NCBI GenBank assembly: GCA_045627925.1
Contig: JAZQOS010000021.1
Location: 10,012 to 74,011, forward strand
Source: Kiritimatiellia bacterium
GTDB lineage: Bacteria > Verrucomicrobiota > Kiritimatiellia > RFP12 > UBA1067
Direction of reading: 5' to 3'
DNA length: 64,000 bases
Below are positions 48,891 to 58,342 of this stretch, in pieces. Under the pieces are notes generated by a model. It was given only the letters and a program-made list of their open reading frames with translations, was not told where the DNA came from and searched no databases. Numbering within the stretch: the stretch's first letter is position 1; every line of letters begins with the position of its first letter. A program made the translations under genes and the position numbers.

Positions 48891-50192
48891 TCAGAATCTG
48901 ACAAAGAATTTTGCGGGGTCGATTTCGAAGTTGGCGGCGGGGTCGATCATAACGCCCGCTTCGGCGAGCGCCTTCGCCCATTTCGATTTCATATCCGCCT
49001 TGCAAGTTGCGGGCGAATCGTTGCCTTCGGCATTCTTAACCGGCGAAAACTCGTCCTTTTGCTCAAAAGCGAGGAAAGCGGCGCGTTTGGCGTTCGGGAG
49101 AATGTCGAAGATGAACTTTTCGAACTTGTAGCCGTTCGGCTCCGAGGGCTTTACGACCTTGCCGTTTACCACGGTCGGAATCTTCTTGAACGCGAGATGG
49201 AGCGGCATCGTCTTCGAGGCCTCGCGCTCCAGAAACGCGCGGTCGAAGACGTGAATCGCCGGCGAGCCGTAGAGGAAGTAGAGTTTTCCGCCCTGCTTGC
49301 GCAGGCACTGCTCCTTCGTCATTTCCGTGTACTCGACCATGCGGAAGGTCTTGCCGAACTGCATGGGCATTCCAACCTTCTCGAAAGGATCGCGCTTCGC
49401 GCAGAGTTTGAGCGAGTATTCCGAACGGTTGAGGACGTGGTAGCCGACGAACGCGGGATCGGCGATTTCGACGAGCGGATTGTCGACCTGGAAGAAAAAG
49501 ACCGACTTGATTCCCCGCTTCTTCATATCGGCGAGCGCACCCGAGCGCTTGAGCGCCGCCAAAAGTCCGCCATGGCCGTCGGGCGACATGAAGACGTGGC
49601 CGGGCTTATCGAGGATGATCTTGCCTTCCTTGGTCATTCCCGGCCACATGCCCTGAGTGAAGAAAAAGACGTCCTTCGGATTCAGTCCGAAGTAATCGTT
49701 GTCCTTAAAGCACTTCACGGTCGCCGCGTTATTCGCCTCGCTCGTCATCACGTAGAACGGCAGCGACGCGCCGTATTTAAGCGAGCGCGCGAGAATCTTG
49801 CGGGCGTGGAAGTAAAAGAGCGGCTTGCCGCTTACCGGTCCAATCGAATAGCAACCCTTCGGCCCGTCGTAGCCGAGGCGCGAGCCCTGACCGCCCGCGA
49901 CCAGCAAAACGGCGACGCGACCGGCGGAGAGTTCTTTCTCGCCCGCCTTGACGGCTTTCGTAAGCGCCGCACCCTTGAGGCAGGCGACTTTCGGCGCCTT
50001 GCCCTTCGAGGAATCGGGAACGTCGCCGCCTGCGGCGAGCGCATCCTGACAAAGCTTGACGTTCTTCGGCTCGATGGTCGCGATTTGGCGCAAAAGCTCC
50101 GCCTGATCGCGCTTGGAAAGCTTTTTCCAGTAGGCGAGTACGTGCTCCTGACCGCACGAAGTTAACATCTTTTCCGCTTGGGCGTAGTTCAT
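48891..50192 (-). CDS. UDP-sugar (UDP-GlcNAc-type) pyrophosphorylase, UDPGP/UAP1 family
   Basis: Start re-set to ATG 50192-50190 (MNYAQAEKMLTSCGQEHVLAYWKKL). LLVAGGQGSRLG nucleotide-binding loop and SPDGHGG motif. Confidence 0.85.
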   Translation of the reverse strand: MNYAQAEKMLTSCGQEHVLAYWKKLSKRDQAELLRQIATIEPKNVKLCQDALAAGGDVPDSSKGKAPKVACLKGAALTKAVKAGEKELSAGRVAVLLVAGGQGSRLGYDGPKGCYSIGPVSGKPLFYFHARKILARSLKYGASLPFYVMTSEANNAATVKCFKDNDYFGLNPKDVFFFTQGMWPGMTKEGKIILDKPGHVFMSPDGHGGLLAALKRSGALADMKKRGIKSVFFFQVDNPLVEIADPAFVGYHVLNRSEYSLKLCAKRDPFEKVGMPMQFGKTFRMVEYTEMTKEQCLRKQGGKLYFLYGSPAIHVFDRAFLEREASKTMPLHLAFKKIPTVVNGKVVKPSEPNGYKFEKFIFDILPNAKRAAFLAFEQKDEFSPVKNAEGNDSPATCKADMKSKWAKALAEAGVMIDPAANFEIDPAKFFVRF

Positions 50193-51103
50193 GACCGTTC
50201 CTTTCGTTTTTCCGGAGGTTCGAGGATCCACCGCTTATTATACCAAAACCAGTTCTCGGGTCCGCGCATAATCGCGTCGGACAAAAGTTTCAGCGCCTCG
50301 CCGGTAAGCCGACGCGCTTCGGCGTTGCGGTCGGTCGCGTTCGGATCGGGCCGAAGGGTCGCGAGGTGATTGAAAACGTGCTTGCCGTTTTTGCGGCTCA
50401 TAATCGCAACGACGATCGGCGCGCCGCACTTGACCGCGAAGAGCGCGCCCGCGCGCGAGACGTTCGCTTTGCCGCCGAAAAAGTCCGCTTCGACGTCCGG
50501 TTTGCGGACGCGCAGATCGGGCAAAATCGCGAACGCGCGACCCGAGGCGAGCTTTTCCTCGATAACGCGCACCGTGTCGCGATTGTCGCGGTCGAGGACT
50601 TCAATGTCGCCGTACTGCCGATTCATCCACGCATCGAACTTGGGATTGCGCTGCCGAGCGGCGAGCGCGAAGAGCTTAAGGCCGTACTTCGCCATCGACC
50701 ACGCCGCCATATACCAATTCGCGGAATGGGGAACCATGATGACGACGCCCTTGCCCTCGTCCACCAGCGCCTGCAGCTTCTGACGATAAAGTTCGCCGTC
50801 CTCGACGTATTCGTCCATCCACGCGCGATCGAGCTGCGGCGCGCGAATCATCTCGACCACCGTCCAAAACATATTGACGAGCGAGCGCTCGGCGATGAAA
50901 GCGCACTCGCGTTCGCTTTTGTCGGGAAAGACCGAGCGGATGCGCTCCAACGTGCGCCGACGCTTGACGCGCAACACGCGCGAAGCGAAAAGCGCGAGGC
51001 ACTTCGCCAAGCGCATCGCCGCGCGATAGGACAAGGCGTTCACCGCGCCCGAGACCACTCTCAGCGCAAGATACTCCAAATTGGCGGCGAAGGCGTTTTT
51101 CAC
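50189..51103 (-). CDS. Lysophospholipid/lipid A late acyltransferase (LpxL/HtrB family)
   Basis: 304 aa, GTG start (GTGA overlap). Family-typical layout with VPHSANWY (H-x4-[D/N]-like acyltransferase motif) and the C-terminal NWFWYNKRW. Confidence 0.75.
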   Translation of the reverse strand: MKNAFAANLEYLALRVVSGAVNALSYRAAMRLAKCLALFASRVLRVKRRRTLERIRSVFPDKSERECAFIAERSLVNMFWTVVEMIRAPQLDRAWMDEYVEDGELYRQKLQALVDEGKGVVIMVPHSANWYMAAWSMAKYGLKLFALAARQRNPKFDAWMNRQYGDIEVLDRDNRDTVRVIEEKLASGRAFAILPDLRVRKPDVEADFFGGKANVSRAGALFAVKCGAPIVVAIMSRKNGKHVFNHLATLRPDPNATDRNAEARRLTGEALKLLSDAIMRGPENWFWYNKRWILEPPEKRKERS

Positions 51104-51285
51104 TTCCTGACGATTTCGTCCTCGATTTCCTTACCGGCGTTCTCGTCCCGACCGAGCGCCTTGTTCGCGCCCTTCTTGAGCTTGCGCCAGAAAACGCCGA
51201 ACACGACGCCAAGCGCAATGGCGACGCCGGCGATCGCCTGCACGGTGTAGGACATCACCGAGGGATCCACGTATGCGAATATCAC
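51100..51285 (-). CDS. Small single-TM membrane protein (hypothetical)
   Basis: One TM helix, SYTVQAIAGVAIALGVVFGVFW, followed by a basic/acidic tail. The start is either GTG 51285 (GTGA overlap with the upstream stop) or ATG 51255. Support comes from position in a coupled gene string only. Confidence 0.4.
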   Translation of the reverse strand: MIFAYVDPSVMSYTVQAIAGVAIALGVVFGVFWRKLKKGANKALGRDENAGKEIEDEIVRK

Positions 51286-53174
51286 TTTTTCGTTCCTTTC
51301 CTTTTGGCGATGAGCGAGTCGAGAATGTATGCGCCCGCGACCTCGCCCGCGCGTCCGGGGTTGTAGAAATTGGCTTTGAGCAGCGCGTCGATCCGGCTCG
51401 CGAACTTGTCCGGATTCGCCAGCATCTCGTCTACGGCGCGCGACGCCGCCTCGCCGTCCGACGGCTTCACCGCGACTCCGACCTCGCTTCGGAAGGAGAT
51501 GTCGGTCGGCGTAATGCCGATGCGCTTCCATTCGGGATTCACGACCTTCATCGGCGTGTCGACGAACAGAACCGGACGGCGCGTCTTGAAGGCGAACTCG
51601 TAGGCGATTCCCGACCAGTCGGTTACGAGGACGTCGGACTTGTCCATCGTCGAAGGCCGGGAGAAATCGGTTTCCAGAACAACGCCGCTCGTATTCGCGT
51701 AACGCGCGACAATCGCCTCCATCTTCGCGGGATTGCGCCGAACGTATTGCGGATGCGGGCGAATCACGATTTCGCGATCCGGCGCCAAAAGCGCGGAAAC
51801 GAGCGAGTCGAGGCAGCTGTCGAAGATGTTGTCCGGCTGGTGGGAGTTGGCGATCATTATCCGCTTTTTCGAATTTTGCGACGACTCGCCGCGCGGCGAA
51901 CCGTCCGCGTTAAGGAGCGTGTCCAAAAGCGGATAGCCCGACTCGACCATGCGTTTTTCCTTAAGGCCGTAGAGCTTCTCGGTCGCGCGATGCTCGGCGA
52001 CTTGAAAGGGCCCGTTCGCCATAATCGTATCGAAAGCGTCGAACGCGCCCTTGCGATAGCACATATGCACCGAAGTCGGGCCGTGGTCGAGATAGACGTA
52101 TTCGACGTCCTTGCGGACATAAGAGCGCTTGAGCTGATAGGTGTCGAGATCGGGCGTCGTCATAACGACCATGTCCGCATCCATCTTCATCATCAGCGGA
52201 ATGATCCGTACCTTGCCGATGTAGTAGCCGCGCAGACGCGGATTCTCCGAGCGTAAAATCGCGTCGGCGGGGTCGTTGGTAACGTAGTGAATCGTAACGT
52301 TCGAGTGCGCAAGCAGATATTCGATTACCGACTGGAAGTACTTATAGTATCCGCCGCCTTCGGCGTAGAAAACGAGGTGCTTGTTGGCGACTTTGAAAAA
52401 GCGTCGGTAATCCGCCTTCTCGCGTTTGCGCGCTTCGGACGAAACCGTCTTCGCCGCGGCGAGCGACGACTCGAAGCGCCTGAGCTCCGCTTGCGAGCGG
52501 CGCAAGGCGGGGTAGTCCACGTGCTTTTTCGGCGGAATGCAAAGGTTTTCGCAAAGCTGGACGAGAATGGAAAAGAGATTGCTCGTTGCCCAGTAAAGCC
52601 CTACGCCCGTCGCAACGAAGCACCCGAGAAAGAGCGAAATGCAAATCGAAATTCCGTTGGTGACGATTTGTTCCGTCCGCGTCTGCTCGTGCTGAAGCGG
52701 GTTGAAGATATTTTGGCTGTAGCCGAGCAACCACGCCGCCGCACCCGCGAAAAGCGGCATCAGCCACGCGACTCCGCCGTCCGTCCAGGGAACGCAGGCG
52801 ATGAGCGGCTTCGCCGCACCCGGCGTCGTCAGCTTGTCGCCGATACCGTAAATCACCTTCACGAACGCCATCAGAATCACGATTTGAATCGCCAGCGGCA
52901 CGAGCGAAAGCATCGGATGGTACTTCTCGCGCTTGAAAAGCGCCGCCGTCGCTTCGCCAATCGCGTCCTTGTCGCCGTAACGCTCCATCTTGATGCGGTT
53001 GGTCTCGGGCATAAGCGAGACCATCTTGAGGGAGTTCACCTGACACCAAAGCGAAACCGGAAACTGCAAGATCTTGGTCAGGAAGGTAAAGACGACGATA
53101 TTCGCCCAGTAGTTCGGCCACCACGAATGGCACCACTCCATCAACCACGCGAAAAATCCGACGAGCGTTTCCAT
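51282..53174 (-). CDS. Fusion protein: YidC/Oxa1-like insertase domain + CDP-glycerol glycerophosphotransferase (TagB/TagF)-like domain
   Basis: Start re-set to ATG 53174-53172 (METLVGFFAWLMEW...). The N-terminal ~250 aa show YidC core motifs (ANIVVFTFLTKILQFPVSLWCQVNSLKMVSLMPETNRIKMERYGDKD...HPMLSLVPLAIQIVILMAF...GVGLYWATSNLFSILVQL). The C-terminal ~380 aa are TagF-like (HLVFYAEGGGYYKYF...SDVLVTDWSGIAYEFAF). Confidence 0.8.
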   Translation of the reverse strand: METLVGFFAWLMEWCHSWWPNYWANIVVFTFLTKILQFPVSLWCQVNSLKMVSLMPETNRIKMERYGDKDAIGEATAALFKREKYHPMLSLVPLAIQIVILMAFVKVIYGIGDKLTTPGAAKPLIACVPWTDGGVAWLMPLFAGAAAWLLGYSQNIFNPLQHEQTRTEQIVTNGISICISLFLGCFVATGVGLYWATSNLFSILVQLCENLCIPPKKHVDYPALRRSQAELRRFESSLAAAKTVSSEARKREKADYRRFFKVANKHLVFYAEGGGYYKYFQSVIEYLLAHSNVTIHYVTNDPADAILRSENPRLRGYYIGKVRIIPLMMKMDADMVVMTTPDLDTYQLKRSYVRKDVEYVYLDHGPTSVHMCYRKGAFDAFDTIMANGPFQVAEHRATEKLYGLKEKRMVESGYPLLDTLLNADGSPRGESSQNSKKRIMIANSHQPDNIFDSCLDSLVSALLAPDREIVIRPHPQYVRRNPAKMEAIVARYANTSGVVLETDFSRPSTMDKSDVLVTDWSGIAYEFAFKTRRPVLFVDTPMKVVNPEWKRIGITPTDISFRSEVGVAVKPSDGEAASRAVDEMLANPDKFASRIDALLKANFYNPGRAGEVAGAYILDSLIAKRKGTKK

Positions 53175-53176
53175 AT

Positions 53177-53875
53177 TTAGCCGACCTTCGCCCTCAATTC
53201 TTCGAGTTCCCGAACGGTGTCGCACTCCACGATTTCGTCCGCACCCACCTCGTGCACGACGAGATCGAGATTTTCCCGGCAGAGCCCGTCGACGACTTCG
53301 TCCCAAAAGAGCCGCGAGGCATCCGGCTTTTTCACGGCCTCGCAAACCGCCTCGGCGATTTTCTTCGCGTCACCCTGTTTGAAATACGAAACGCCGACCA
53401 TGTTATAGCAATCGTCGCCGCCCTTGCCGACGCGCACAATCCGTCCGCGCTCGACGCCGAAAACCCAGTCGTCGCTGTGGCCCTTGACCATTTTGCCGAA
53501 ATAACCCGACTTCTCGAGCTTGCGGCAAAGAAGCTTCCGATCGGACACGAAAAGATCGGCCTCGCAAACAAAGCAATCCGCGCTCGCCATTTCCTTCGCC
53601 GCTACCGCGATGGAATTGATGTTGTTTTTAACGGCATAATCCGCGTTCTCCACCAGCCGAACGCAAGGATACTTTTCGGCTAACGCCGCGAACTGTTCCT
53701 TTTTGTAACCGACGACGATGTAGATTTCGGAAACCCCGCGCTCCCGCAAGGCGTCAATTACCGTCTCGACGAGCGCCTTGTCGCCGACTTTTAAAAGCGG
53801 TTTGGCGGTCGACTCGGTCAACGGCCTCATCCGTTGCCCTAGCCCCGCCGCCATCAAAATCGCGATTTCCTTCAT
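53177..53875 (-). CDS. LicC-like nucleotidyltransferase (phosphocholine/phospho-alcohol cytidylyltransferase family)
   Basis: 232 aa. MKEIAILMAAGLGQRMRPLTESTAKPLLKV...YIVVGYKKEQF... is collinear with LicC-type CTP:phosphocholine cytidylyltransferases as I recall them. Confidence 0.75.
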   Translation of the reverse strand: MKEIAILMAAGLGQRMRPLTESTAKPLLKVGDKALVETVIDALRERGVSEIYIVVGYKKEQFAALAEKYPCVRLVENADYAVKNNINSIAVAAKEMASADCFVCEADLFVSDRKLLCRKLEKSGYFGKMVKGHSDDWVFGVERGRIVRVGKGGDDCYNMVGVSYFKQGDAKKIAEAVCEAVKKPDASRLFWDEVVDGLCRENLDLVVHEVGADEIVECDTVRELEELRAKVG

Positions 53876-53878
53876 CGC

Positions 53879-55804
53879 TCAAGCGCTCGTTTTTTGCATA
53901 TCGCAGAGTTTGCGATAAACGCCGCCTCGGGAGTAAAGCTCCGCATGGGTTCCACGCTCGACGATCTCGCCTTCTTGCATAACGAGAATGAGATCGGCGT
54001 CGCGAATCGTCGAGAGACGATGGGCGATTGCAAAGACCGTGCGATTCGCCATAAGCTTGACGAGCGCGTCCTGCACCAGCTTTTCGGTTACCGTATCGAG
54101 TGCGCTCGTCGCCTCGTCGAGAACGAGAATCGGCGGATTGCGAAGAATCGCCCGCGCAATCGCAATGCGCTGACGCTCGCCGCCGGAGAGCGCGAAGCCC
54201 TTTTCGCCGACGAGCCGCGCGTAGCCGTCGGGCTGGGCGACGATGAATTCGTGGGCATTGGCGAGCTTCGCGGCGGCGACCACGTCTTCGTGGGTGGCGG
54301 CGGGCGAACCGTATTTGATGTTCTCCTCGATGGTGTCGTTAAAGAGAATCGTCTCCTGTTGCACCGAACCGACGAGCGCGCGCAAGGAGTCGATGCGAAG
54401 ATCCTTGAGATCGGTTCCGTCCATCGTCACTTTCCCGTTCGCCGGATCGAAGAACCGCGCCAAAAGTCCGGAAAGCGTGGTCTTCCCCGAACCCGTGCCG
54501 CCCACGACCGCGACCATCTTTCCGCGACCGATTTCAAACGACGCGTTCCTTACCGCGTCGCGATCGGCGTTGCTATAGCGGAAGGAGACGTTTTCGAAGA
54601 CGATTTTGTCCTCAAAAGTCGGCTTCGATTTCGCGTCCGGCTTCTCCGGCAACTTCATATCGACGTCCATCAGCGACCAAATGCGCTGCAAACTCGCCTG
54701 CGCCGTTTCGATCGAAACTTGCAAACCGGCCATCTGCTTGATCGGCTTGTAGATCAGCAAGAGCGGAGCGAGCATGGGAATCACATTCGCAAGCGTAACT
54801 CTGGTCGCGAAACACCACACGAGAAACGCGCAAATAAGGAGAATTCCAATCGTCTCCACCATCGGCCCGACCAGCAAGCCCCAGCGCGTCGCGCGCATCG
54901 TCGTTTTAAAGAGCGTCCGATTGACCTCGTAGTATTTTTCGTTTTCGAACTTCTCGGTGTTGTAGGCCTTGACTACGCGAATGCCGGTCAGAATTTCGTG
55001 GATTCGCGAGCCGACGACCGAGTTTTTCTCCAACGTGCGCCGCGACCACTTGCGAATCAACTTTCCGAGTCCGATTACCGGCAGCATAAAAGCCGGCATT
55101 CCGATTACGATTACGCCCAACGTCGGCATCATGTGGTTTTCAATCGCGAACCAGATTATGAAACCGACCGAGACGAGAATCTCGAACGGCGCTCGGCAAA
55201 GCTCCTCCAGCATTCGATGGATCACGGTTTGCATGATTTGCGGATCGGTGGTCGCGCGCGACATAAGTTGGCCAACGTCGACCCGACCGTGGAATTCGAG
55301 CGATTGTTCTTGGACCTTCTTGAGTAAATCCGTTCGAAGATCCGCCACCACTCGCGTCGCCGCCCAAGTAAGGCAATATTGATTGAGGAAGACGAACAGA
55401 AGACGCAAAAAGGCGACGAGCGGAATTCCGATTACCGCCATCAGCACGAGCGCGCCGCCCATCGCCCCTTCCTCGTCTTCGAGCGGAATCCCGAACTTGT
55501 CGGCGAGCTTCTTCGCCTTCGGATACCAGCTCGGCATTCCCGCGGCCTTGGCTTCGTCAATCGCGCTTTGCTCGACCGCAAATTCCGATTTGAACGCCTC
55601 GACCTTTTCGTTGTGACTCACTTTTTCGAGCGCCGGCTGAACGACGCTGAAAATCGGCAGGAGCGTTCCCGCCGTGAGCATACCGCAAATAACGCCGACG
55701 AAGATGCGGAATTTGTACTTTTTCGCGTACTGCCAAGTCCGAGAATACGCTTCGCGCGCGGTATATTCGCGATCAAAAAATTCCTTACGGTACTTTACTC
55801 CCAT
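53879..55804 (-). CDS. ABC exporter, fused permease/ATPase (MsbA-like lipid flippase family)
   Basis: 641 aa. Six-TM N-terminal domain, Walker A GGTGSGKTT, signature LSGGERQR, Walker B ILVLDEATSALD. Confidence 0.9.
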   Translation of the reverse strand: MGVKYRKEFFDREYTAREAYSRTWQYAKKYKFRIFVGVICGMLTAGTLLPIFSVVQPALEKVSHNEKVEAFKSEFAVEQSAIDEAKAAGMPSWYPKAKKLADKFGIPLEDEEGAMGGALVLMAVIGIPLVAFLRLLFVFLNQYCLTWAATRVVADLRTDLLKKVQEQSLEFHGRVDVGQLMSRATTDPQIMQTVIHRMLEELCRAPFEILVSVGFIIWFAIENHMMPTLGVIVIGMPAFMLPVIGLGKLIRKWSRRTLEKNSVVGSRIHEILTGIRVVKAYNTEKFENEKYYEVNRTLFKTTMRATRWGLLVGPMVETIGILLICAFLVWCFATRVTLANVIPMLAPLLLIYKPIKQMAGLQVSIETAQASLQRIWSLMDVDMKLPEKPDAKSKPTFEDKIVFENVSFRYSNADRDAVRNASFEIGRGKMVAVVGGTGSGKTTLSGLLARFFDPANGKVTMDGTDLKDLRIDSLRALVGSVQQETILFNDTIEENIKYGSPAATHEDVVAAAKLANAHEFIVAQPDGYARLVGEKGFALSGGERQRIAIARAILRNPPILVLDEATSALDTVTEKLVQDALVKLMANRTVFAIAHRLSTIRDADLILVMQEGEIVERGTHAELYSRGGVYRKLCDMQKTSA

Positions 55805-55837
55805 AGATTGCGATAAATTATAGCATAATTGTCAAAC

Positions 55838-58333
55838 TCACTTTATAACCGTCGGCGTTATCTTCTTCGTCTCGCCGTTCACGACGACCGTAACCGGCTT
55901 CGGGTTCGGCGAGGAGGTGGAGAGCGTGTAAGAGGTGATCTTGCCGTTCTTCCACTCCATGTCCACCGTGATGTTGCCGCGCGAACGGATGCCCTTCACG
56001 TAGCCGTCCTTCCAGGCGGAAGGCAGCGCGGGCAAAAGTTCGATTCGTCCGGCGTGGGACTGAATCAGCATTTCGCTCATGCCGCCCGTCATGCCGTAGG
56101 TTCCGTCCATCTGCATCGGCGGATGGTTGCCGAACATGTTGTCGAGCAAGTTGTAGCGAATGTAGCTCTGCACCATTTCATAGGCGGCGTCGGTGTTTCC
56201 AAGACGCGCCCACAGCGCGGTGCGCCAAGGCCACGTCCAGCTCCGACGGCAGTCACCGGTCGTTCCGCGCAATTCCAGCGACTTCGCGGCCGCGGCGGCG
56301 AACTCCGGCGTCTTCATCTTGCTGATGGTGCTACCCGGATAGACGCCGATTAGATGCGAAGTATGGCGATGGCCGCTGACCATATTGGGCCGATCGACGA
56401 TCCATTCCTGCAAATATCCGCCCTTGGCGATGCGATTGCCGACGAGTCGATCTCGCTTTTCGAGAATCCCCTTCGCCCATTCGCCATCGACCTTCAGAAT
56501 CTTCGCGGCCTTGGCGGTGTTGTCGAAGAGTTCCCAAATGAGCTGCTGATCGTGCATGCAACCGTCCTCGACCGGGCCTTGCTCGTGCGACCAGCCGTTG
56601 GGCGAGACGAGCGAACCCGCCTTGATCTCCTTAAGCTCGGGATGATCCGCCGCCGTGAGGTCGCGACTGCCGCCGTCGGTCTTGAGACCCTTGCCCTCGG
56701 CGCCGATCTCCTTGAGCGAGGTCTCCCAGAACTCGCAAATCGACTTCATGATTGGATAGCCGGTGGTGCGCAGATACTCCTTGTCGCGGGTAAAGAGATA
56801 ATGATCCCACACGTGAAGCGCGTACCACGCATTCACCGGCGGGTTCCACTTCACCCAACCGCCCGCGCCCCAGATATTCTGGGAAATGCGCGTTGTCCAG
56901 CCCTTCTTGTCCGCGCCGAACGCCTTTTGGGTCATGTTGTGCAAAGGCTCTTCCATCGCCTTCATGAAATCGATGAAGGTCAGGTGGCACTCCGAAAGGT
57001 TCGCGACTTCCGCGCCCCAGTAGCACATCTGGAGGTTGATGTTGTTGTGGTAGTCGCACGCCCACGGCGCGTGCACCTTGTCGTTCCAGATTCCCTGCAG
57101 CGTAAGCGGCAGATTGCCCGGCCGCGAACCTGCGATGAGGACATATCGTCCGTATTGATAGACAAGCGCCTCCAACTCGAGATCGTTCTGCGTCTCGCGA
57201 TACTTGGCGATTCGAAGATCGGTCGGCAGCTTCGCGATTTCCGCGCTCGTCTTGCCGAAGGAAAGCGACATGCGGTCGTAAAGCGCGGCATGGTCGTCGA
57301 TATGGGCGCGCTTGATGGCCGCGTATTTCTTCTTCGCGACTCCCGCGAGCACCCTTTCGTTGCGCTTCGCCGGATCCTCACCCTTCCAATTCGCCTTGAA
57401 GTCCTCCTTGTAGTCGGTCGCAAGCGTAATGTACGCTTCCGCCGAATTCGCGCCAAGCACCTTGATGAACGGAATACCCTTGCCCTCGAACTTCGGACGC
57501 GTGCCGTCGCCATTGCCCTCGTAATCGACCTTGACCTCGCGCTCGCCACCGACAATCGAAAGCTTGCCGCCATCGGCGCGAACCATCATCCGACCTTCGA
57601 AGACCTCGCCGTTCGCGAGCTTGCCGCGCATGACGATCGTGTCCTTGCCGAGAACGGAAAAGGTTGTGTCGTGACAAGGCGTAATCCCGAAGCAAACGCT
57701 GAGCGCACCCGGCTTGTCCACTTTCGCGGAGTATACGAGCACATCGTCGGGATGGCTTACGAACGCTTCGCGGGTGTGATGCACGCCGCCGTTCGAGAAA
57801 TCGACGATTGCGACGCCGCTTTTAAGACTGAGTGCGCGCGAATACATCGCGGTCTTGGCGGACGGTTCCTTAAGTTCGAATTCGGCGAAGAAGTTGCCGA
57901 ACGGCTGGAATGAACCGAACTCGTTCTCACCCGAACGCGGGCCATAGGAGTATCCGCCGCCGTTTCCCGGAAGGTTCGGCCCGCCCGTCCAAAGCGAAAC
58001 CTCGTTCAAGTTGATGCGATCGCGCCTGTCGCCGCCAAAGATCGTGCCACCGACTCGTCCATTGCCGATTGGCAGGGACTGCGCTTCCCAAGGATCCTTG
58101 CATTTCATGGCGAGCGCGTTGGGCGCGCAATAACGCGCCGAGTTATTGCCGAGCTCGTCCTGTCCGCCGCCACCGTAGTTACCGCATGGCGTTTTCCCGG
58201 ACGCCCACGGTACTGCGGCGTCGTTGATCACCGCGGGTTGGGCGTACCAAAGGCAATTCGATGCCGGATACTCGGCTCGTGCCGTTAACGACAACGCCCC
58301 GCCGATTGCAAGGATAGCTATCTTTCCGTTCAT
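55838..58333 (-). CDS. Glycoside hydrolase family 95 (alpha-L-fucosidase-like), secreted
   Basis: 831 aa with a signal peptide. The GH95 N-terminal signature is present: WEAQSLPIGNGRVGGTIFGGDRRDRINLNEVSLWTGGP. Confidence 0.85.
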   Translation of the reverse strand: MNGKIAILAIGGALSLTARAEYPASNCLWYAQPAVINDAAVPWASGKTPCGNYGGGGQDELGNNSARYCAPNALAMKCKDPWEAQSLPIGNGRVGGTIFGGDRRDRINLNEVSLWTGGPNLPGNGGGYSYGPRSGENEFGSFQPFGNFFAEFELKEPSAKTAMYSRALSLKSGVAIVDFSNGGVHHTREAFVSHPDDVLVYSAKVDKPGALSVCFGITPCHDTTFSVLGKDTIVMRGKLANGEVFEGRMMVRADGGKLSIVGGEREVKVDYEGNGDGTRPKFEGKGIPFIKVLGANSAEAYITLATDYKEDFKANWKGEDPAKRNERVLAGVAKKKYAAIKRAHIDDHAALYDRMSLSFGKTSAEIAKLPTDLRIAKYRETQNDLELEALVYQYGRYVLIAGSRPGNLPLTLQGIWNDKVHAPWACDYHNNINLQMCYWGAEVANLSECHLTFIDFMKAMEEPLHNMTQKAFGADKKGWTTRISQNIWGAGGWVKWNPPVNAWYALHVWDHYLFTRDKEYLRTTGYPIMKSICEFWETSLKEIGAEGKGLKTDGGSRDLTAADHPELKEIKAGSLVSPNGWSHEQGPVEDGCMHDQQLIWELFDNTAKAAKILKVDGEWAKGILEKRDRLVGNRIAKGGYLQEWIVDRPNMVSGHRHTSHLIGVYPGSTISKMKTPEFAAAAAKSLELRGTTGDCRRSWTWPWRTALWARLGNTDAAYEMVQSYIRYNLLDNMFGNHPPMQMDGTYGMTGGMSEMLIQSHAGRIELLPALPSAWKDGYVKGIRSRGNITVDMEWKNGKITSYTLSTSSPNPKPVTVVVNGETKKITPTVIK

Positions 58334-58342
58334 GTTTACTCC

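Noticed and set aside
55805-55837. Promoter in the GH95/MsbA spacer (TTGACA and TATAAT both present on the minus strand).
   Set aside because: The two hexamers are only 7 nt apart (TTGACAattatgcTATAAT), incompatible with the 16-18-nt spacing of a sigma70 promoter. At best the TATAAT could act alone, so I did not report it as a feature.
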